Origin: an uncultured delta proteobacterium
GTDB taxonomy: Bacteria > Desulfobacterota > Binatia > Binatales > Binataceae
Length of the DNA stretch: 64,000 bases
Reading direction: 5' to 3'
NCBI GenBank assembly: GCA_963765675.1
Contig: CAVXXK010000001.1
Location: 2,176,001-2,240,000 of the forward strand
Made by a program: the position numbers and the translations under genes. The notes below the pieces were generated by a model that saw nothing but the letters and a program-made list of their open reading frames with translations, searched no databases and had not been told where the DNA came from. Shown one piece after another: positions 59,053 through 64,000 of the stretch; the first letter of the stretch is position 1; each line of letters starts with the position of its first letter.

Positions 59053-59709
59053 TCACTCGTCTTTGAAGCCGTACTTGCCGGTCATTTTCACGTATCGGCA
59101 TTCGCCGAAATATTCTTCCTGCCAATGGCCGCTCTTGCGGCTGATTCGCACCAGGCTCTGCAACTCGTCCTCGCCGATCGGAGCGACCAGACGCCCCGCC
59201 GGAGTGAGCTGGCCGAGCAGCGGCATCGGGATGCCCGGCATCGCGGCGCTGACCACGATCACGTCGAACGGCGCGGGCTCTTCCCATCCTTCGGAGCCGT
59301 CGGCGAGCTTCAAATAGACATTCGACACGCCGAGGGAAGCCAGAATCACGTGCGCGCGATCATGCAGATGCGCCAGACATTCGACCGACCACACCTCGCG
59401 CGCGAGCGAAGCCAACACGGCGGCCTGGTAGCCCGAACCGGTCCCGATTTCCAGCACGCGCTCGCGCCCGGTCAGTGCCGCAGCCTGCGCGGTCAGCGCG
59501 ACCATATAAGGCTGAGAGATAGTCTGCGAATCGCCGATCGGCAGGGGCCCGTCGTCGTATGCGTGGCCTACGTATTCGGGCGGAAGGAAACGATGGCGCT
59601 CAATCGCGCGCATCGCGGCCAGCACTCGCCGGTCGCTTATTCCGCGCGCGGCGAGTTGCTCGGCAACCATCCGCTCGCGCGCCCGATCCAGGTCGTCAGC
59701 CATCGCCAC
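59053..59709 (-). CDS. pcm: protein-L-isoaspartate O-methyltransferase
   Basis: QTISQPYMV, VLEIGTGSGYQ, DGS.GW..APFD. Confidence 0.95.
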   Translation of the reverse strand: MAMADDLDRARERMVAEQLAARGISDRRVLAAMRAIERHRFLPPEYVGHAYDDGPLPIGDSQTISQPYMVALTAQAAALTGRERVLEIGTGSGYQAAVLASLAREVWSVECLAHLHDRAHVILASLGVSNVYLKLADGSEGWEEPAPFDVIVVSAAMPGIPMPLLGQLTPAGRLVAPIGEDELQSLVRISRKSGHWQEEYFGECRYVKMTGKYGFKDE

Positions 59710-59755
59710 TCAATTATACCCGCGGCGCCCGCGTCGAGTAAGGCGGACGATTTCA

Positions 59756-60376
59756 CTACCATGGACCGTCGAGCCACCGCTCAACCATCGGCAGCCGATC
59801 GCTGCCCCAAAAAGGCTCGCCGTCGACGAAGATCCAAGGCGACCCGAACACGCCGCGGGCGACCGCCTGTTCGCCTTGCTGGCGCGCTATGATTTTAACC
59901 TCGGGATCGGCGATACCCGCCAAGAGCATATCCCGGTCGATCCCGAGGGACGCGGCTGCGGCGGCGATGGCGTTGGGATCGTCGGTATCGAGGCCGTTCT
60001 GGAAGTAGCCGATGATGATGTGCTTTGCCAAAGCGGCGGCGGCATGCGCATCCTTTCGCTCGAGGTAATAAAAGGCGCGGATCGCCGGCAATCCCGTCCT
60101 TGGATGATTTCCAGGCAAGCTGAACGGCACTCCCTTGAGCCTTGCGAGGCGCTCCCAGTCACGGCGCGCATAGTCGCGCTTCAGCGGTGTGCGGCTCAGG
60201 CCTTGTGCGCCTGTGATTTTGAACGCGGCGCCGAGCGTAAACGGACGCCACGCGACTGTCCTGCCGTGGCGCTCGGCCAGCGCCTCAATTTCGAGCGCAC
60301 CGAAATAGGCGTAGCCTGAAGCAAAGTCGAACCAGAACTCGATTGGCGTCCCGCCACGCTGCCGTGCTTCGCTCAT
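59756..60376 (-). CDS. 2-hydroxychromene-2-carboxylate isomerase / GST-kappa (DsbA-fold) family protein
   Basis: IEFWFDF.S.Y, WRPF.LG, GVFGSP, E.FWG.DR. Confidence 0.88.
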   Translation of the reverse strand: MSEARQRGGTPIEFWFDFASGYAYFGALEIEALAERHGRTVAWRPFTLGAAFKITGAQGLSRTPLKRDYARRDWERLARLKGVPFSLPGNHPRTGLPAIRAFYYLERKDAHAAAALAKHIIIGYFQNGLDTDDPNAIAAAAASLGIDRDMLLAGIADPEVKIIARQQGEQAVARGVFGSPWIFVDGEPFWGSDRLPMVERWLDGPW

Positions 60377-60533
60377 TTTCTTTCGCCTCGCGGAAACAGG
60401 GCCTGAACTTCGAATCAGGACACTATCATTTAACACGGCATGGAAAATTCGGAACCGATATGTTACCCGGAATTGAAGGGTTTGAAGTTTGCGGCGATGG
60501 GCGTGACCGCGATGCCGATGGAGTGAAACGGCG

Positions 60534-61334
60534 ATGGCTGATGGCGCGAAACCATGGCGCGAAGAGACCGTCCGCGTGGACGGCACTGAGCTGAGCATTG
60601 CGATCGGCGGCGCGGGCAAGCCGATCCTGGTGCTGCACGACGAGCTGGGAAATCCCGGATTGCTCAAATGGAATCGCGCGCTGGCCGCGCGGCGCACGGT
60701 CGTCACGCCGCTTCATCCGGGCTTCGGCCGGACGCCGCGCGCGGAATGGATCGCCTCGATTCGCGACCTCGCGGCTTTTTACGCGCGCTATCTGATCGAA
60801 AATAATCTCGCGCCGATCGACGTGATCGGCTTTTCGCTCGGCGGATGGATCGCGGCCGAGATGGCGGCGTGCAATCCGGGCCAGTTCCGCAAGATGATCC
60901 TGGTTGCTCCGGCGGGAATCCGTCCGCCGCAGGGCGACATTCTCGATTTCTTCCAGATGATGGCGCCGCAGCAGGTGCTCGCGAGTGTGCGCGATCCAGC
61001 GGGCACACCCGAATTTGCCGAGCTGTACGGCGGTCCGATGTCGCCGGAGCAGTTCGAGTCGTTTGAAGACGCGCGCGCGCAAACCGCGCGCCTGGCGTGG
61101 ACTCCCTTCATGCACAATCCCTCGCTGCCGCATCTGCTGGGGGTCGCGGCGGGATTGCCTACGCTCGTGATGTGGGGCAGGCAGGACGCCGTGGTGCCGC
61201 CAAGCGCGGCGGAGTCGTGGCGTGCGGCGATCAAGGGCGCGCGAGTTGTGATGTTCGACGCGTGCGGCCATCGCCCGGAAATAGAAAGGTCCGCGGATTT
61301 CATCCGCGAGGCGGAAGCGTTCCTCGGCGACTAG
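60534..61334 (+). CDS. alpha/beta fold hydrolase
   Basis: LVLHD, HPGFG, GFSLGG, WGRQD.VV, CGH.P. Confidence 0.88.
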   Translation: MADGAKPWREETVRVDGTELSIAIGGAGKPILVLHDELGNPGLLKWNRALAARRTVVTPLHPGFGRTPRAEWIASIRDLAAFYARYLIENNLAPIDVIGFSLGGWIAAEMAACNPGQFRKMILVAPAGIRPPQGDILDFFQMMAPQQVLASVRDPAGTPEFAELYGGPMSPEQFESFEDARAQTARLAWTPFMHNPSLPHLLGVAAGLPTLVMWGRQDAVVPPSAAESWRAAIKGARVVMFDACGHRPEIERSADFIREAEAFLGD

Positions 61335-61354
61335 AGCGCCAGGGAGGTTCGACG

Positions 61355-62745
61355 ATGCACATAATGTATTTTACCGAGCGTCCGTACCGGGCGGTTCCCA
61401 ACGATGAAGTGATCAAGAACGGATTCTTTGGAATTCCGAACAAGCACTTCGACTCCGAGAAGGGCTCGGTCCTGCTCAACGAATATCTCGACGAAAAGAT
61501 TCTCGCCGAGGAGCTTGGCTTCGACGGCGTGATGCTGAACGAGCATCACGACACCGCCTTCTGCATGGGTTCGGTGATGAACGTCGAGGCATCGATCCTC
61601 GCGCGAATCACCAAGCGCGTCCGGATCATTTTGCTCGGCAATCCGCTTCCGGTGACCGGTAATCCGCTCAGGATGGCCGAGGAGCTGGCGATGATCGACA
61701 TGATCTCGCACGGCCGGCTGGTCACCGGATGGGTTCGTGGCGCAGGCAGCGAACAGTTCGCGACCAACGCCAATCCAGGCTTCAACCGCGAGTACTTCAA
61801 CGAGGCGCATGACCTCGTCGTGCAGGCGTGGACGCGGCCCGGTCCGTGGCGCTACGAGGGCAAGCATTTCCACTACCGCTTTGTCGATCCGTGGGCGCTG
61901 CCGCTGCAGAAGCCGCATCCTCCGATCTGGATTCCCGGCCTGCTGAGCCCCGAGACGGTGGTCTGGTGCGCACAGCATCGCTACCCGTACATCGCGCTTG
62001 CGACCTTCCTCGAACCCACCGTCGAGCTGTGGAACATCTATCGCGACGCGGCGGCGAAAGAGGGCTATCAGGTCGGTCCCGAGAATTTCGGCTATCTGCA
62101 AAAGGTCTTCGTTGCCGAGACCGACGAGAAGGCGCGCGAGCTCGCGAAGTGGGACATGTTCGGCGGCGCGGGAATCGGCTACAGCCTGTTCGGCAAGCCG
62201 CAGTGGATGTTCCCGCCCGGGTACAACAGCAAGGATGCGACTCGCCGCGTCGCGCGCCAGTTCTCGGACCCGGCGGCAGCCAAGGGCAGCCCATTCGCCG
62301 GCAATGGCGGCGCGGCGCCGGCCAAAGATTCCACCGCGGAAGAGCGAATCGCGCAGTCGCAAATCGATATGCGCGCGGGCGCGTGGTCGGACGAGCATAT
62401 CGATATCGAAGCCACGCGCAAGCAGATCTTCGACGCCTTCCCTCAAGTCGAGCGCGCGATGCAGGTAATCTGCGGCACGCCGAAACGGTCATCCCGAAAA
62501 TCCGCAAGGTGCTCGAAGTGCTGCGCCCCGGCATCTTCGGCTTCTGGCAGAACGACGGCCCGATCTCGGCCGAGGCGCGCACGCAGAACATCCGAATGAT
62601 CGCGGAAGAGGTGATGCCCGCGACGCGCGAAATCGCAAAGGAGCTCGGCCTGGTATCGCCGTTTGACGTAAAGCCCGGCTCGCGCAAGCTGCCCGCCTCG
62701 GGAATTCCCGACTCGGTAGGCTCGCTGGCCCCTCTGGCGCCGTAG
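61355..62745 (+). CDS. LLM-class flavin-dependent oxidoreductase, frameshift near 62483-62485
   Basis: NEHH, RMAEELAMID.IS.GR, P.QKPHPPIW; adding one A restores GTPKTVIPKIRKVLE.LRPG to the stop at 62745. Confidence 0.88.
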
Positions 62746-62804
62746 CGTTATTGATTTTGCGGCGCGGTTGGGTGATACCGTCGCTTCACTTGGAGGACTT
62801 GTCG

Positions 62805-63248
62805 ATGGCGGGTGCAGAGGGCTTGGTTGATGCTTTGGGCGGCGTGCGATGGTGGCGATGCGGAATCATGGTTGTGGCGCTGACGCTGGTCGGATGCGGC
62901 CACAATCCGGCGCTTGGCAAATGGAGCATCGGTAAACGCGAGAAGGAAGTCGAAACTTCGGATATCGATGAGCTGACGCATGACATCCGAACCTCGACCG
63001 GTGCGACCACGATCGAATTTCGCAAGGACTCGATCGTGATCAGCGGCGGCGCCGCGGACCAGACCGAGAACAATATCGACTACAGCGTAGGAGGGATGGA
63101 TAGCGGCGCAACCAACGTCCGGATTCTCCAATCGCGCAAGGGCGACACCAGCGCCGATATCGACACGCTGCACATAGCACCCGACGGCAAAACCGCCACG
63201 CTCGAATCGCGCACCGAAGTGGTAGACCTCACGCGCGTCCAAAATTGA
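62805..63248 (+). CDS. hypothetical lipoprotein
   Basis: RBS GGAGG; lipobox LVGC followed by NPALGKW; beta-rich. Confidence 0.65.
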   Translation: MAGAEGLVDALGGVRWWRCGIMVVALTLVGCGHNPALGKWSIGKREKEVETSDIDELTHDIRTSTGATTIEFRKDSIVISGGAADQTENNIDYSVGGMDSGATNVRILQSRKGDTSADIDTLHIAPDGKTATLESRTEVVDLTRVQN

Positions 63249-63266
63249 GCTGATTAGCAGTGTAGT

Positions 63267-63343
63267 TGGTCGGGGTGGCCGGATTTGAACCGGCGACCAC
63301 TCGCACCCCAAGCGAGTGCGCTACCAGTCTGCGCCACACCCCG
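63267..63343 (-). tRNA. tRNA-Pro(GGG)
   Basis: CGGGGTG acceptor, anticodon stem CTCGC with loop TTGGGGT, GGTTCAAATCC T-arm, encoded CCA. Confidence 0.96.
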
Positions 63344-63372
63344 ACCGTGAATTCGCGGGTATCGAATCCGAC

Positions 63373-63402
63373 AGTATAATTTCCGCCGCGACTACTCTAC
63401 AA
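63373..63402 (-). promoter_or_regulatory. putative sigma70 promoter for the tRNA
   Basis: TTGTAG-N18-TATACT about 30 nt upstream of the tRNA. Confidence 0.4.
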
Positions 63403-63420
63403 GACGAACTTCCCGCCGGT

Positions 63421-63550
63421 TGTCATTCCCGCGCGTGGCTGCCGCGCGAGGAATCCCGAATTCGGATAGTGCTCGAACCATCGTTCAGCATATGCGCAGG
63501 AGCAAATCCGGGATTCCTCGCGCCCGGCAGCCACGCGCGCGGGAATGACA
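63421..63550. repeat. TGTC-tagged palindromic doublet
   Basis: TGTCATTCCCGCGCGTGGCTGCCGCGCGAGGAATCCCG ... CGGGATTCCTCGCGCCCGGCAGCCACGCGCGCGGGAATGACA; the left arm matches ~22904-22945 in reverse. Confidence 0.85.
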
Positions 63551-63617
63551 CATCCACATTCGCGCGGTTCTCAAAATCGAACTGGATCACCGAATCGCCG
63601 CTGCGCGAGGCGCGCAC

Positions 63618-64000
63618 CTACGGCTTCTTTTTCGCGGCTACGCGCGGGCGCCATTGGACGTAGGAGCGCAGGTCGACCTGAAACGTCCACGAACTTTTCG
63701 GCTGATTGATCAGATGAACAATCTCGGCGCAGATTTGCGCCGGAGCGACGAAGTGCGACGGATCCGTGTCGGGCATCGCCTCGCGCACTCGCGCGCTGTC
63801 CACCGCGCCGTCGACGTCGAGCGCCGCCGCGTGGATCCCCCGATGCATAAACTCGTAGGCGACCGATTCCGCGATCGCACGCTGCGCGACCTTGGATGCC
63901 GTGTAGGCCGAGTACTGCGCCGGCCCGCCGCGCGTCTCTGATCCGAGCACGAAAATGATCGTGCCGTGTCCGCGCTCGGCCATCTTGCCCACAACGGCTT
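63618..64000 (-). CDS. short-chain dehydrogenase/reductase, 3' part
   Basis: G.GTII, YTASK (YxxxK), RGIH...DG.VD, SWTF.VDLR. Confidence 0.8.
   Translation of the reverse strand, partial: AVVGKMAERGHGTIIFVLGSETRGGPAQYSAYTASKVAQRAIAESVAYEFMHRGIHAAALDVDGAVDSARVREAMPDTDPSHFVAPAQICAEIVHLINQPKSSWTFQVDLRSYVQWRPRVAAKKKP

Noticed and set aside
63267-63343. tRNA-Pro as att site of an integrated element
   Set aside because: No duplicate of the tRNA 3' end and no integrase seen in the window.

Overview
GC-rich bacterial chromosomal window. The gene content and expanded luciferase-like monooxygenases suggest a Binatota/deltaproteobacterial-like soil lineage (inference). Most of it is housekeeping: ptsP, cyaY, CIRCE-groES-groEL, aroF, ldcA-(AmiE-like)-mpl, mfd-surA-pdxA-uvrA, an M16 peptidase pair, eno-gpmI, alr-purH-purD-tsaC-DUF1015, TPP riboswitch-thiS-thiG-thiE, pcm-nlpD-apt and tRNA-Pro(GGG). 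I found no CRISPR array, integrase, transposase or prophage. The main unexplained signal is non-coding: at least six distinct families of short palindromic or foldback repeats fill the intergenic spaces. They show compensatory base changes and module swapping between copies, and no cognate mobilase lies in the window. Also notable are two independent LLM-monooxygenase + alpha/beta-hydrolase pairs, a membrane-anchored B12-type radical SAM enzyme, an orphan NorD/CbbO-type VWA protein and a sigma54-type promoter ahead of an atypical receiver protein. Three single-base frameshifts (mfd, M16 peptidase, second LLM) are most likely assembly errors. All calls come from reading the sequence by eye; no searches were run.
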